DNA from: a virus
Taxonomy: Duplodnaviria; Caudoviricetes
DNA: 56,867 nt
Direction: 5' to 3' (one strand)
Virus record (IMG/VR): IMGVR_UViG_3300049042_000288
Span: 1 to 56,867 of that record
In this document: positions 34,841 through 44,563 of the stretch, one piece after another
Position numbering within the stretch: the first letter of the stretch is position 1
Layout of the letters: each line of letters starts with the position of its first letter
Made by a program: the position numbers and the translations under genes
Notes under the pieces: model-generated
What the model saw: the letters and a program-made list of their open reading frames with translations, nothing else
Told to the model about the DNA's origin: nothing
Database searches by the model: none

Positions 34841-35359
34841 ATGGCTTTTTTCACTTCAGGTTTTCTTGGCGGTGACCCGGACGTAATCGCGGGCACTGGA
34901 ACTTCAACGGCGGGCGCTGGTGCTCCGCACCGTCTCGGGCAGATAGAGTCTGCTTCTGACGGCAACACCTACATGTTCGTGCAGGCTGCTGAAGCCCTGA
35001 CACGATACTCCGCTCTGTTCATCACTGCTACCCATCAGGCAAGCATGATCACCAAGGCGGTTGCAGCAGCAGACACGGGTCGCCTCGGGTTCAATCAGGT
35101 GGCGTTCGCGCAGTATGATTTTGGATGGGTCATCATCCACGGATCGTCCTTCCGCATTCGCTTTGCTGATTCCTGCGCCAAGAACGTGCAGCTCTACACG
35201 ACTGATACGGCGGGCGTTCTCGACGACCTTACGGTCTCGACTTCGCAGTATCTGATCGCGGGTCTGTCGTTCTACACGGTATCCGGCAACACGGCTTCGG
35301 CTGGACTTGCCAACGGAGCATTCCCTCAGATTCGCAAGACCCTGACGGCAGCTTCGTAG
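34841..35359 (+). CDS. Putative capsid decoration protein
   Basis: 172 aa directly after the capsid gene; LGQ....DGNTYMFVQA, FGWVIIHG. Confidence 0.6.
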   Translation: MAFFTSGFLGGDPDVIAGTGTSTAGAGAPHRLGQIESASDGNTYMFVQAAEALTRYSALFITATHQASMITKAVAAADTGRLGFNQVAFAQYDFGWVIIHGSSFRIRFADSCAKNVQLYTTDTAGVLDDLTVSTSQYLIAGLSFYTVSGNTASAGLANGAFPQIRKTLTAAS

Positions 35360-35370
35360 TCAATAAATGG

Positions 35371-35400
35371 TGGAGGGGCAGGGATGCCCCTCCATTCATC
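35371..35400 (+). terminator. Hairpin after the capsid genes (weak terminator or stability element)
   Basis: TGGAGGGGCA-GGGA-TGCCCCTCCA with a poor U tract. Confidence 0.55.
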
Positions 35401-35418
35401 AACTGGAGAAGAGGGCAA

Positions 35419-36123
35419 ATGAATTACGATATATTTATTGGCTGGGACCCGCGCGACGATATTGCTGCGAAGGTCTGCCAGAAATCGATTGTGAAGCATC
35501 TGGTGTCGGAGCGTCCGATCAGGATCAACATGCTGAAGGAATACGAGCTTCGCCGGGCTGGGCTATATCGCCGCGAGTACATCGTGCGCGAAAACGGTCA
35601 GATGGTGGACAATGGAGACTTCAAGCCGTTCTCGACGCAGTTCTCGTTTACGCGGTTCCTGACGCCGAACCTGTCATGCGCCGAATACTCCGTGTTTGTA
35701 GATGCGGACTTCCTGTTCCGGCACGACATCGGGAGCATGCTTAACAAGATCGACACAAGCAAAGTAGTGTCGGTAGTCAAGCACGTCCACGTGCCTGAAG
35801 AGATGTTGAAGATGGATGGCATGATCCAGACGCGGTATCACCGCAAGAACTGGTCGAGCCTGATGGTCTTCAACACCGCGAAGGCGCGCCAGTGTATCAC
35901 CGTTGCCGACGTAACCGAGCACACGGGAGCATGGCTGCACGGCTTCAAGTGGGTGCACGATGACGACATCGGTGACATCGATATGGCGTGGAACTGGTTG
36001 AACGGGTATAACAAGAAAGACATCGACCCTGCCGCAGTTCACTTCACTCTCGGAACACCGGACATGATCGGCGACGACATCGCCTACGCTGCCGAGTGGC
36101 GCGAAGTGGAGCGCGGCGTATGA
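35419..36123 (+). CDS. GT-A fold glycosyltransferase (GT8-like)
   Basis: IFIGWDPR, STQFSFTRFL, FVDADFL (DxD), RKNWSSLMVFN, HFTLGTP. Confidence 0.85.
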   Translation: MNYDIFIGWDPRDDIAAKVCQKSIVKHLVSERPIRINMLKEYELRRAGLYRREYIVRENGQMVDNGDFKPFSTQFSFTRFLTPNLSCAEYSVFVDADFLFRHDIGSMLNKIDTSKVVSVVKHVHVPEEMLKMDGMIQTRYHRKNWSSLMVFNTAKARQCITVADVTEHTGAWLHGFKWVHDDDIGDIDMAWNWLNGYNKKDIDPAAVHFTLGTPDMIGDDIAYAAEWREVERGV

Positions 36124-37406
36124 AGCTGATCACCGAAGAATACCGGGAGCTGAACAGACAGCTTCACCATGACCGCGCCGATTACGGCATGAGCGGTGTC
36201 AAGTGGGCGGCTACCGTGAATGAGTTTCTTGATGAAGGGGACACGGTCCTCGACTACGGGTGCGGCAAGGGAACGCTGAAGCAGTTCGTGGACGCCGACG
36301 TGCGAGAGTACGACCCGGCGATCACGGGAAAGGATGGAGAGCCTGAGCCCGCTTCCATGGTCGTTTGCACGGACGTTCTGGAGCACATAGAGCCGGACTT
36401 GATCGACAAGGTGATCGGCCATATTTACTCGAAGACCGAGCGCATGGTGTTCCTCGTGATCGCCACCCGGCTGGCGAAGAAAACACTGGCAGATGGGCGC
36501 AACGCCCACCTGATCGTCGAGAACAAGGATTGGTGGCTGGAGAAACTCTCGAAGTACTTCAGCGCGGTTCAGGTCAGCGGGGACGAGCGCGAGTTTGTGT
36601 TTATCGGCCACCCGATCCGGGAGCTGAAGCCGATAGTCGGGAAAGGGGCGATCCCTGACGATGTCAGGAACGAGCAAGTCAGGCAGTGCATGGTGCGCTG
36701 TCTGAAGCGTCTTGAACTTCCTGATGCCGCCAACGAACGCACTGCAGTTCTGGTCTGCTATGGGCCATCCCTGAAGTACAAACTGGAGAAGATCAGGCTC
36801 CTGCAGCGCAGCGGTGCCGACATCATCACGTGCTCAGGCGCGCACGACTACCTGATCGCAAATGGAATCATACCGACGATCCACTCTGACATCGACGGGC
36901 GAGCCCACAAGGCAGAGCTTGTGACGCCCCACAACAGCGTGAAGTACTGGATGGCTTCGGTCTGCCACCCTACATACTTCGACAAGTTGCAGAACAACGA
37001 TGTTTCGGTCTTTCACATCTACAACACCGAGTCATCGGCGCAGTGGGTTGCAGAGAATGACCCGGACTCTTGGCTCCTGACCGGAGGCGTCACCATCGGT
37101 AACAGGCTCCTCGGCCTGCTCTATTACATGGGCTACCGCAACACTCACGTCTTTGGCATGGACTGTTCCTTCGGTATCGAAGGGGAGCGCCATGCAGGGC
37201 CTCACACGGGCAAGACGCAGAAGATGATAAAGGTCAGGTGTGGAGATATCTGGTTCGATACGTCACCCCAGATGGTGACTGCAGCGCGTGACATGATCGA
37301 GATGGTTGGGACTCTGAACCCTATCGGATACGATGTCACGTTTCATGGAAACGGCTTGCTTCAAGCGATGATCGCACAGGCCACAGGACTTAAGGGAAAC
37401 GAGTAA
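36120..37406 (+). CDS. SAM-dependent methyltransferase fused to a DUF115/Maf-like putative glycosyltransferase domain
   Basis: LDYGCGKG and DVLEHIEP, then VCYGPSL, GIIP, GVTIG and FGMDCSF. Confidence 0.8.
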   Translation: MKLITEEYRELNRQLHHDRADYGMSGVKWAATVNEFLDEGDTVLDYGCGKGTLKQFVDADVREYDPAITGKDGEPEPASMVVCTDVLEHIEPDLIDKVIGHIYSKTERMVFLVIATRLAKKTLADGRNAHLIVENKDWWLEKLSKYFSAVQVSGDEREFVFIGHPIRELKPIVGKGAIPDDVRNEQVRQCMVRCLKRLELPDAANERTAVLVCYGPSLKYKLEKIRLLQRSGADIITCSGAHDYLIANGIIPTIHSDIDGRAHKAELVTPHNSVKYWMASVCHPTYFDKLQNNDVSVFHIYNTESSAQWVAENDPDSWLLTGGVTIGNRLLGLLYYMGYRNTHVFGMDCSFGIEGERHAGPHTGKTQKMIKVRCGDIWFDTSPQMVTAARDMIEMVGTLNPIGYDVTFHGNGLLQAMIAQATGLKGNE

Positions 37407-37417
37407 CCCAAACCTCG
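37393..37417 (+). promoter_or_regulatory. 25-nt element, copy 2
   Basis: Identical to 32682-32706; followed by RBS AAGGAG. Confidence 0.75.
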
Positions 37418-37430
37418 AAGGAGAATTGAA

Positions 37431-38048
37431 ATGAATGCTTTGCCAAGTCAGGTGACAAACACCATCATCCCGCGCTTCAAGTCAGAGCGCCTCCGCATTC
37501 CAGACCAGTACGATCCAGATACGGGTCTGCCGATGTATCGCACGGTCGAGATGGTCGAATTGCTTATCCCCGGGGACAAAGGCAACGCTCCGGTCAAGAA
37601 GGTCAACGACGCGATCCGCGCTCAGTACAAGGCTGAGTACGACCGCTGGAAGTCATCCGGCAGGCAGGTCGAGAACGAAGGCAACGGTCTTCCCCTTTCG
37701 CAATGGCCACAGCTACCCAAGGAGATCGCCGCTGGTCTTCAGCACTCGAACATCTTCACGGTGCAACAGCTCGCCGCGATGTCGGACAGCCAGTGCCAGA
37801 TCAAGGGTACCATCGGCCTTCGCAAGTATCGCGATATGGCTTCAGCCTTTGTGGATGCCTCAAAGGCTGCTGAGCCAATCGCCCGCCTGTCCGTTGAGAA
37901 TGAGGCACTCAACCGTCGCATCTCGCTGCTCGAAGAGCAGCTCAAGAAGGTCAGCGCAATCGCTGAACAACAGTCAGAAGTGATCAAGACGCTGAAGACT
38001 GAAACGCCGTCACTTGAAACGCCGGACTTCGGCATAAACGAGGAATAG
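37431..38048 (+). CDS. Late-region hypothetical protein
   Basis: IPGDK, GLPLSQWP, IFTVQQLA, C-terminal coiled coil. Confidence 0.75.
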   Translation: MNALPSQVTNTIIPRFKSERLRIPDQYDPDTGLPMYRTVEMVELLIPGDKGNAPVKKVNDAIRAQYKAEYDRWKSSGRQVENEGNGLPLSQWPQLPKEIAAGLQHSNIFTVQQLAAMSDSQCQIKGTIGLRKYRDMASAFVDASKAAEPIARLSVENEALNRRISLLEEQLKKVSAIAEQQSEVIKTLKTETPSLETPDFGINEE

Positions 38049-38051
38049 AAA

Positions 38052-38411
38052 ATGGGAATGAAAAGAGAGAAGCTCCTTCGCGTAGGTTTCTCGGCTGCTC
38101 AGGCCGAAATTATGGCGGGAGAAGTTCAGGCGCTCGTCACGGCAGGATCGACTGCGACGGACGCCACACTGGCCACTGGGGAGACCGTGATCATCACGGG
38201 TGGCACTGGCGGCATCAGGCTCGCGCCCGCTCAGGGTGGAGACAGCGTTGACATCTACAACATCTCTGGCGCTGCAGCGACGCTGTACCCGCCAACGGGT
38301 GCAACGGTCAACAACACCACATCGGTGTCGCTCTCGGCCACGAACAAGTCGTGCCGGGTGATTTTCCGTAGCGCCACTGCCTGCTACACCATCCCTGCCG
38401 TCCCGTCATAG
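38052..38411 (+). CDS. Putative small structural protein
   Basis: 119 aa, Thr/Ala/Gly-rich. Confidence 0.65.
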   Translation: MGMKREKLLRVGFSAAQAEIMAGEVQALVTAGSTATDATLATGETVIITGGTGGIRLAPAQGGDSVDIYNISGAAATLYPPTGATVNNTTSVSLSATNKSCRVIFRSATACYTIPAVPS

Positions 38412-38419
38412 GCTGAACC

Positions 38420-39124
38420 ATGGCGACGCTCCTCTCCATCATCAATGATGCCCAAGCCCTGCTCGGTCTTCCGATATCAACATCGGTGATCGGGAACTCG
38501 GGGCAGACGCAGAAGCAGTTGCTGGCCATTGCCAACATGGATGCAAGGCTTCTGGCAGAGGAGTTCGCGTGGCAGCAGCTTGTTACTCAGACCACGTTTG
38601 CCACAACGGCGACCGAGGAGCAGACCAATGCCACGCTGCCCAGCGACTTTGGGTGGATGATCAACGAGAGCATGTTCAATCGTACGACGACTGACCCGGT
38701 CATGGGTCCGGTCAACACTCGCGATTGGCAGCAGATGAAAGCCGATGGCATTTACCTGACAATCCCAAGGTATCGAGTTCAAGGCAACTCGATCCTCTTT
38801 ATCCCGACGCCCACAGCGGGACAAAATATCTATTACGAGTACGTGTCGAAAAACTGGTGTGAAAGCTCTGTTGGTACGCCTCAGGCTGCTTGGGAGGCTG
38901 ACAACGATGTCCCGCGCTTGCCGGATACCGTGCTTGTTCTTGGGATCATCTGGCGTTGGCGCAAGTCGAAGGAGATCGACTACACCGAAGACTTCAACAC
39001 GTGGATGGTCGCGCGGGATCGCGCGGCGGCTCGTGAAGGGGCAAAGAGGAAGCTCAGCGTAGTAGGCCCGTCAACCCTCGGCTTCCCGGGGAAGGGCAAC
39101 ATCCCAGAAGGAAATTGGTCATGA
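38420..39124 (+). CDS. Head-to-tail adaptor-like protein
   Basis: MATLLSII, WQQL, LPSDF, FIPTP, YEYVSKNW; position before the nozzle-like gene. Confidence 0.65.
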   Translation: MATLLSIINDAQALLGLPISTSVIGNSGQTQKQLLAIANMDARLLAEEFAWQQLVTQTTFATTATEEQTNATLPSDFGWMINESMFNRTTTDPVMGPVNTRDWQQMKADGIYLTIPRYRVQGNSILFIPTPTAGQNIYYEYVSKNWCESSVGTPQAAWEADNDVPRLPDTVLVLGIIWRWRKSKEIDYTEDFNTWMVARDRAAAREGAKRKLSVVGPSTLGFPGKGNIPEGNWS

Positions 39125-39378
39125 GCAAAGACTCACTTATGAATTTCAACGTTGACACACCTCCGTCGATGTTGCCGCGACCAGAGATGTCATCTGTTCG
39201 CGATGACATGAAAAAGGCGATGAAAACAATGTCACAGAAGAGGCTCCGCAAGGAGTCTGGTGCCGCCGTGACAAATGCCGAAAAGGCCATGGTCACGAAG
39301 ACGAAGCCAGTATCCAAAGGCGCGAAGCAGTTCGACAAGGCCATGACGCACCCAGCCCTGAAGAATCTTGGCCTGTAA
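39121..39378 (+). CDS. Basic hypothetical protein
   Basis: ATGA and TAATG coupling. Confidence 0.6.
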   Translation: MSKDSLMNFNVDTPPSMLPRPEMSSVRDDMKKAMKTMSQKRLRKESGAAVTNAEKAMVTKTKPVSKGAKQFDKAMTHPALKNLGL

Positions 39379-40910
39379 TGAGCGGGCAGCGCAAGGTCAA
39401 TCGCGGAACGAAAAGTCAGTCCCGGACGCTCCCGCCGCCTGTTGGTGGTTGGAACGCACGGGACGCTCTCGCCTCGATGGGACAGGAAGACGCTGTCATC
39501 CTTCAGAACATCTTCCCGAAGCAGAGCGAGGTCGCCACTCGCGGTGGGTACACCCTTCACTGCAACACGGCGAACAGCGCAGCGATTAAAACACTGGCTG
39601 AATACAAGGTCGGAACGACGCGAAAACTTGTTGCTGCTGTCAACGGCAAGCTCATCGATGTCTCGACGAGCACGCCCAGCAACATTGGCACCGGGTTCAC
39701 GAACGACACTTGGCGCTGGGTGATCTTCGGTGGCAAAATTTTTCTCGTCAACGGAATCGATGCCCCGCAGGATTGGGATGGGACTACGCTGACAGCGACG
39801 GCATGGTCAGGCAGTGGCCTTACGATCACGAACCTGAGCGACGTTCTTGTATTCAAAGAGCGCATGTTCTTCATTGAGAAGAACACCCAGAGTTTCTGGT
39901 ACGCATCGGCCACCAAAGTCGTCACAGGCACGCTCACGAAGTTCGACCTTCGCTACGTCGGAAACTTCGGCGGAACGCTGGTTGGTATGGGATCGATCAC
40001 GCAGGACGGTGGTAACGGTGCGGACGATCTGCTCGCGCTCTACTTCTCTTCTGGCGAAGTCGTGATCTATTCAGGATCTGACCCCGGGGACGCAACAGAC
40101 TGGAGTATCGCCGGGCGCTTTGTCATTGGTGCCCCGGTCAATGCACAGCCAATTCAATTCGGCTCTGATCTGGTGTCGATCATCAACGGGGCCTATGTGC
40201 CTCTGACCAAGGTGGCCTCACTCGGTCGAGCAAACCCATCGTCCCTCGACCTGTCGGACAAGATCAGCGGTGAGGTCGCCAAGCTGACTGCTCTCTACAG
40301 CGGCAATACTGGCTGGCAGGCGGTCCTTTACCCAAAGGGGAGAAAACTTCTGTTCAACGTGCCTTTGTCGTCCTCGTCCTTCGAGCAGCATGTCATGAAC
40401 ATCGACACGAAGGCTTGGTGCAAGTTCACGGGATGGAACTTCCCCTGCTTCGGCTTGTTCAACGACCACCTGTACGGAGGCTCGACAGACGGAAAAGTTT
40501 ACAAGGTCGATAACGGGGTCAGTGACAACGGAGAGCCAATCCCTGTCGACATCCAGTGGTCTTGGAACTATTTCGGTGACCGAGGTCGCCAGAAGCAGTT
40601 CAACATGATCAACATTATCTTTACGGCTGCTGTTGACCCATCATCCACATACGTCACTGGCGTCGATTTTCAGATCGAAGTGCCATCCGAAGTCATCACC
40701 CTTGAGGACACTGGTAATCTGGGGGCAGAGTGGGATATCGCAGAATGGAACGTGGCGGAATGGAGCGGTCAGGTGAGGGTTCTGAAGGGATGGAACGGGG
40801 CGAACGGTCTCGGGTACTGCTTTTCCCTTCGGGCAAGAATGTTTCCAGACAATCAGCCCGTGACAATCCAAGCGGCGACGGTAATCATGTCCCCAGCCGG
40901 GTTGACATAG
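39378..40910 (+). CDS. Tail hub/nozzle (P22 gp10-like DNA stabilisation) protein
   Basis: 510 aa, beta-rich; LPPPVGGWNARD; EWDIAEWNVAEWS near the C-terminus. Confidence 0.65.
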   Translation: MSGQRKVNRGTKSQSRTLPPPVGGWNARDALASMGQEDAVILQNIFPKQSEVATRGGYTLHCNTANSAAIKTLAEYKVGTTRKLVAAVNGKLIDVSTSTPSNIGTGFTNDTWRWVIFGGKIFLVNGIDAPQDWDGTTLTATAWSGSGLTITNLSDVLVFKERMFFIEKNTQSFWYASATKVVTGTLTKFDLRYVGNFGGTLVGMGSITQDGGNGADDLLALYFSSGEVVIYSGSDPGDATDWSIAGRFVIGAPVNAQPIQFGSDLVSIINGAYVPLTKVASLGRANPSSLDLSDKISGEVAKLTALYSGNTGWQAVLYPKGRKLLFNVPLSSSSFEQHVMNIDTKAWCKFTGWNFPCFGLFNDHLYGGSTDGKVYKVDNGVSDNGEPIPVDIQWSWNYFGDRGRQKQFNMINIIFTAAVDPSSTYVTGVDFQIEVPSEVITLEDTGNLGAEWDIAEWNVAEWSGQVRVLKGWNGANGLGYCFSLRARMFPDNQPVTIQAATVIMSPAGLT

Positions 40911-40936
40911 CCCTCTTCCTTCAAGACCCAATTCTG

Positions 40937-41332
40937 GTGACACATTTTGTCGCCGTGAACATGCCGATAAATTCCGAACCACAAGACTTTTCTCCGTGTT
41001 CCGCTGTCGGCGTTCGCAAAGGCGACAAGCTCATCGCAGGGTTCGTCTACAACTGCTTCACTGGCAGAAGCATCGACGTTACCGTGGCATCCGTTGATCC
41101 GGCTTGGTCTCGTCGCAGGGACATCCTACACGCCCTGTTTGCCTACCCGTTTCTGCAACTTGGCTGCACGCGGATGTCCTGCCACGTTTCGGTTCACAAC
41201 AAGAAAGCAATCAAGCTTGCGGAAGGCCTCGGGTTCGTTCTCGAAGGAAGGCTTCGCCGGGGTTACGACGGTATTAACGACGCACTCCTCTACGGGATGC
41301 TGCGCGAAGAGTGTAATTGGCTGAGAGGTTGA
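40937..41332 (+). CDS. GNAT-fold protein of podoviral tail modules (start uncertain, 40901-40961)
   Basis: FAYPFLQLGC, NKKAIKLAEGLGFVLEGRLR, YGMLREEC. Confidence 0.8.
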   Translation: MTHFVAVNMPINSEPQDFSPCSAVGVRKGDKLIAGFVYNCFTGRSIDVTVASVDPAWSRRRDILHALFAYPFLQLGCTRMSCHVSVHNKKAIKLAEGLGFVLEGRLRRGYDGINDALLYGMLREECNWLRG

Positions 41333-41333
41333 A

Positions 41334-42299
41334 ATGAAGAAAACCAAGATGCCTGCTGTTCCTGATGCAACAAAGCTCACACAGCAGCAGAAACAGATGA
41401 GTGACGCCACTGCAGCGGACAACCGCTGGCAGAACAACGTCGACATCAATGGTCCAAGCGGCAGCGTCAAATGGACGAAAGATGCAGACGGGCGAATGAC
41501 GCAGAACGTCACTCTCAGCCCTGAGCAGCAGAATGCGCTCAATTCCCAGTACAAGGCGACATCAGACCTCTTTGGTCTAGCCAGCAACATGGTTGGCAAC
41601 GTCTCTGGTGATCCGTTCAAAATCCCGACCGGATTGCCGACGCGCCTGACGGGCCTTGATACGTCCGGCATGAAGAACCTGAACAGCACCGACTACGGCG
41701 CTGCGCGCGACGCATACACGAAGGCCATGTACGACCGATCCATGGAGCTTCTTGATCCTGAGTTCGATCAACAGAACTCGAAGGCAGAGCAGTTCCTGTC
41801 AGATCGCGGCATCCCGTTCCTCGATCAGGGCAACGGCGCGGCAACCGGGTATCGGAACAACATCGCCCGAACCCAGAACAGCCAGCGACGGGCAGCAGCC
41901 CGGGATGCAATACAGATGGGTGCAGCGGAGCAGTCTCGCCTCTTCGGGCTCGATCAGGCCACGAACGAGAACATCCTTCGCAACCAGATGGCCGATGCCG
42001 GGTTCCGCGACAACGCGCGCGACAAGGGGATCGAGGAAGCCTATCAGGAGTACAACGCACCGCTGGAGCGCATCCGCGCGCTCTTCGGATCGACCCCGGG
42101 TCTCGACATCATGGACCCGAGCGGTTTTAACGGGTTTGCCTCCCAAGGCGGCGACATTGCTGGCAACACGTGGAACCAGTACAACGCCAACATGGAACAG
42201 GCGAAGCAGAAGGCGGCTGACCAGAACGCCTTGACCAATTCACTCTTCGGCCTTGCTGGTACGGCTGGAAAAATCTGGGCAGGAGGAGGTTTCGGATGA
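41334..42299 (+). CDS. Putative DNA ejection/internal virion protein
   Basis: Gln/Asn/Ala-rich helical protein with Gly-rich hydrophobic C-terminus, after the GNAT gene. Confidence 0.6.
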   Translation: MKKTKMPAVPDATKLTQQQKQMSDATAADNRWQNNVDINGPSGSVKWTKDADGRMTQNVTLSPEQQNALNSQYKATSDLFGLASNMVGNVSGDPFKIPTGLPTRLTGLDTSGMKNLNSTDYGAARDAYTKAMYDRSMELLDPEFDQQNSKAEQFLSDRGIPFLDQGNGAATGYRNNIARTQNSQRRAAARDAIQMGAAEQSRLFGLDQATNENILRNQMADAGFRDNARDKGIEEAYQEYNAPLERIRALFGSTPGLDIMDPSGFNGFASQGGDIAGNTWNQYNANMEQAKQKAADQNALTNSLFGLAGTAGKIWAGGGFG

Positions 42300-42610
42300 T
42301 CGGAAGTCGTAGCATGGGAACGTTTGGCACCAAGATGCCGACCGGACCTGCATCACCGCAGGACATGTCCCCAGAGCCATTCAAACCTGTCCAGACGGGC
42401 CCTCAGACGATGCCGGGCAATCCCGACTCGCAGACCCCGACCGGCCCTCGCAAGCCCGGCGTGAGGCTCGCAAAGACCCTCATGGACATGCAGTTCAATC
42501 GCCAGCCCCAGAGCACGTTTGGGGCTCTGGCAGGTCTTGCTGACATCGGCGCAGATGCTTGGAACGAACGCCGCGCACGCCGCGCAGGCGTCTACCCGAC
42601 AGAGGAATAA
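42296..42610 (+). CDS. Hypothetical protein, possibly internal virion
   Basis: ATGA coupled; Pro-rich then FGALAGLA helix. Confidence 0.6.
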   Translation: MIGSRSMGTFGTKMPTGPASPQDMSPEPFKPVQTGPQTMPGNPDSQTPTGPRKPGVRLAKTLMDMQFNRQPQSTFGALAGLADIGADAWNERRARRAGVYPTEE

Positions 42611-42612
42611 TC

Positions 42613-43206
42613 ATGAGCAACGGAAACGTCGATAGCGTTAAGCGGGACATCATGGCCGCAATGATCCAGAACATGCCCCCGGAAAAGCGGCAGGCTTTGA
42701 TGCAGGGGCCTGCTGGTGGCCCCCAGCCGGGCGACATGGGTCGTGAGGGCGACATGGGGCCTCCGCCTATCGACGAAGCTGCCCTGATACAGGAGATGCA
42801 GGGGATGCCGCCCCAGATGCCTCCACAGGGCGCTGGTGGTCCTCCGGGGGCTCCACAGGGCGCTGGTGGTCCTCCGGGGCCCTTTTCGCAGCCGATGTCG
42901 CCCCTCCCGGCCCGACCTGACCCGCTGCTGAGTATGCTGGCTCAGGCCGTCCCCGGCGTTCCTGCTGGCCGTCCTACTCCGCAGGACGAAGCCCGGCACC
43001 AGCAGATGACGAGCATGATGGACAACGAAATCCAGTACCAGAAGCAGAACAATCAGGCCCATGCCCAGCGCATGGGCGTGAGCCCGCAGGAACTCGCGGC
43101 GGCGACCCAGCGTGGCAGGGACATGAATCCCCCGCCACAGGGCCTTGAGAAAGGCTCTGGCAACGCCTTGATCGACTACCTCATGCGTATGAGTATGGGT
43201 CAGTAG
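42613..43206 (+). CDS. Pro/Gly/Gln/Met-rich low-complexity protein
   Basis: RBS GAGG; 30-bp tandem duplication at 42821-42880 (PQGAGGPPG twice). Confidence 0.65.
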   Translation: MSNGNVDSVKRDIMAAMIQNMPPEKRQALMQGPAGGPQPGDMGREGDMGPPPIDEAALIQEMQGMPPQMPPQGAGGPPGAPQGAGGPPGPFSQPMSPLPARPDPLLSMLAQAVPGVPAGRPTPQDEARHQQMTSMMDNEIQYQKQNNQAHAQRMGVSPQELAAATQRGRDMNPPPQGLEKGSGNALIDYLMRMSMGQ

Positions 43207-43216
43207 GAGCACTTCG

Positions 43217-44563
43217 ATGGGTGTCACGTCACAGCCGTTCTTGGGCCGCAAGCGTCGGACTTTCCTTGGGCTGGATGATCTCGCCCAGTATGAAGACATA
43301 ATCAACCCTGCCATGGCTCAGAGACCGAAGCCGCGCCCTGAGGAGAACTACGTCGAGGCGCTGCCGGAAGAGGAAGCCCCAGAAGAGACGATGCAGTCCG
43401 TCATCCATGACGTGGAGACCGCCAAGGAGCGGCCTTCAAAGATGCAGATGGCGATTGCAGAACAACTTCTGCAGCGCGGTGAGCAGCCGATCCAGCAAGG
43501 CGCTGGATGGGTCGGTGGTCTCGATAAGCTGGCTGCATCCATCGGCGGTGCCTACATGGCGCGCAAGGCGGAAGAGGATCAGCTCGCCTACGAGCAGAAG
43601 CAGGCGCAGGCCATGGCCGACTCATTGTCAGGAATTCTTGGCGGTGAGGATGCGCGCTCCCGTTACATCAAAGCCATCGCGAAGACCGACCCCAAGCGCG
43701 CCCAAGCCATGCTTGATCGTCTGGCGACCGAGAAGCCGACCGAGGTGCGCCGCATTAGCCGCGACCGCGCAGATGGCAACAGGACCTATCAGGAAGAAAG
43801 CTTCGACGGTGGCAAGACGTGGAAGCAATACGGTCAGAAGGTCGATACATCAGGTTCTGGCGGCGGAGAAAACAGACCGCCGAATGGCTTCAGGTGGGGT
43901 CCTCCCGATGAAGCTGGGAACCCGACACTCATTGGGATCACCGGGGGCCCCGGCGACCAGAACTTGAAACCTGACACCGAAATTCAAGGCAAGTCGTTTG
44001 CCTTTGGAACGCGCATGGCTCAGACGATCCCGCAGCTCTCCGATCCAGAGATCATTTCGGCGCTCATGAACCCGACGAATGTTGCTTGGAGTGAATGGAC
44101 ACCGGAGATCATCAGCAACTATCGCGTCTCGTCGAAGTTTAGGAACGGCATGCAGGCGGTCCGAAACTTCATCAACGCCCAGCTCCGAAAGGAGTCTGGT
44201 GCCGCGATTGGAAGAGATGAATTCGACAACGCCTTCAGGCAGTACATCCCGCGCCCGGGCGACGACGCTGCAACCCTCAGGCAAAAAGAAAACAACAGGC
44301 GCGTTGCCATATACTCCATGTTCATAGAGGCTGGCCCGAAATACAAGAAGCTCGCGGACAGGTTCACGCCTGAAGGTCTCGTGACCGACCCGGCTACCAA
44401 AACGCCGGGCGTCCGGGACGTTGCCCCGTCAGGCGCAGCTCTGCCTTCTGGTCCCGCTGCACCAGCCGCAAGGCCGAAGCCGAAGGTAGGTGACACACGG
44501 CCTGATCCGCGCACGGGCAAACTCCGAGTCTGGGACGGCAATAACTGGGTTATAAAGAAATGA
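43217..44563 (+). CDS. Putative DNA ejection protein
   Basis: 448 aa; FINAQLRKESGAAIG..EF..A..QYIP.PGD; position in the ejection cluster. Confidence 0.65.
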   Translation: MGVTSQPFLGRKRRTFLGLDDLAQYEDIINPAMAQRPKPRPEENYVEALPEEEAPEETMQSVIHDVETAKERPSKMQMAIAEQLLQRGEQPIQQGAGWVGGLDKLAASIGGAYMARKAEEDQLAYEQKQAQAMADSLSGILGGEDARSRYIKAIAKTDPKRAQAMLDRLATEKPTEVRRISRDRADGNRTYQEESFDGGKTWKQYGQKVDTSGSGGGENRPPNGFRWGPPDEAGNPTLIGITGGPGDQNLKPDTEIQGKSFAFGTRMAQTIPQLSDPEIISALMNPTNVAWSEWTPEIISNYRVSSKFRNGMQAVRNFINAQLRKESGAAIGRDEFDNAFRQYIPRPGDDAATLRQKENNRRVAIYSMFIEAGPKYKKLADRFTPEGLVTDPATKTPGVRDVAPSGAALPSGPAAPAARPKPKVGDTRPDPRTGKLRVWDGNNWVIKK

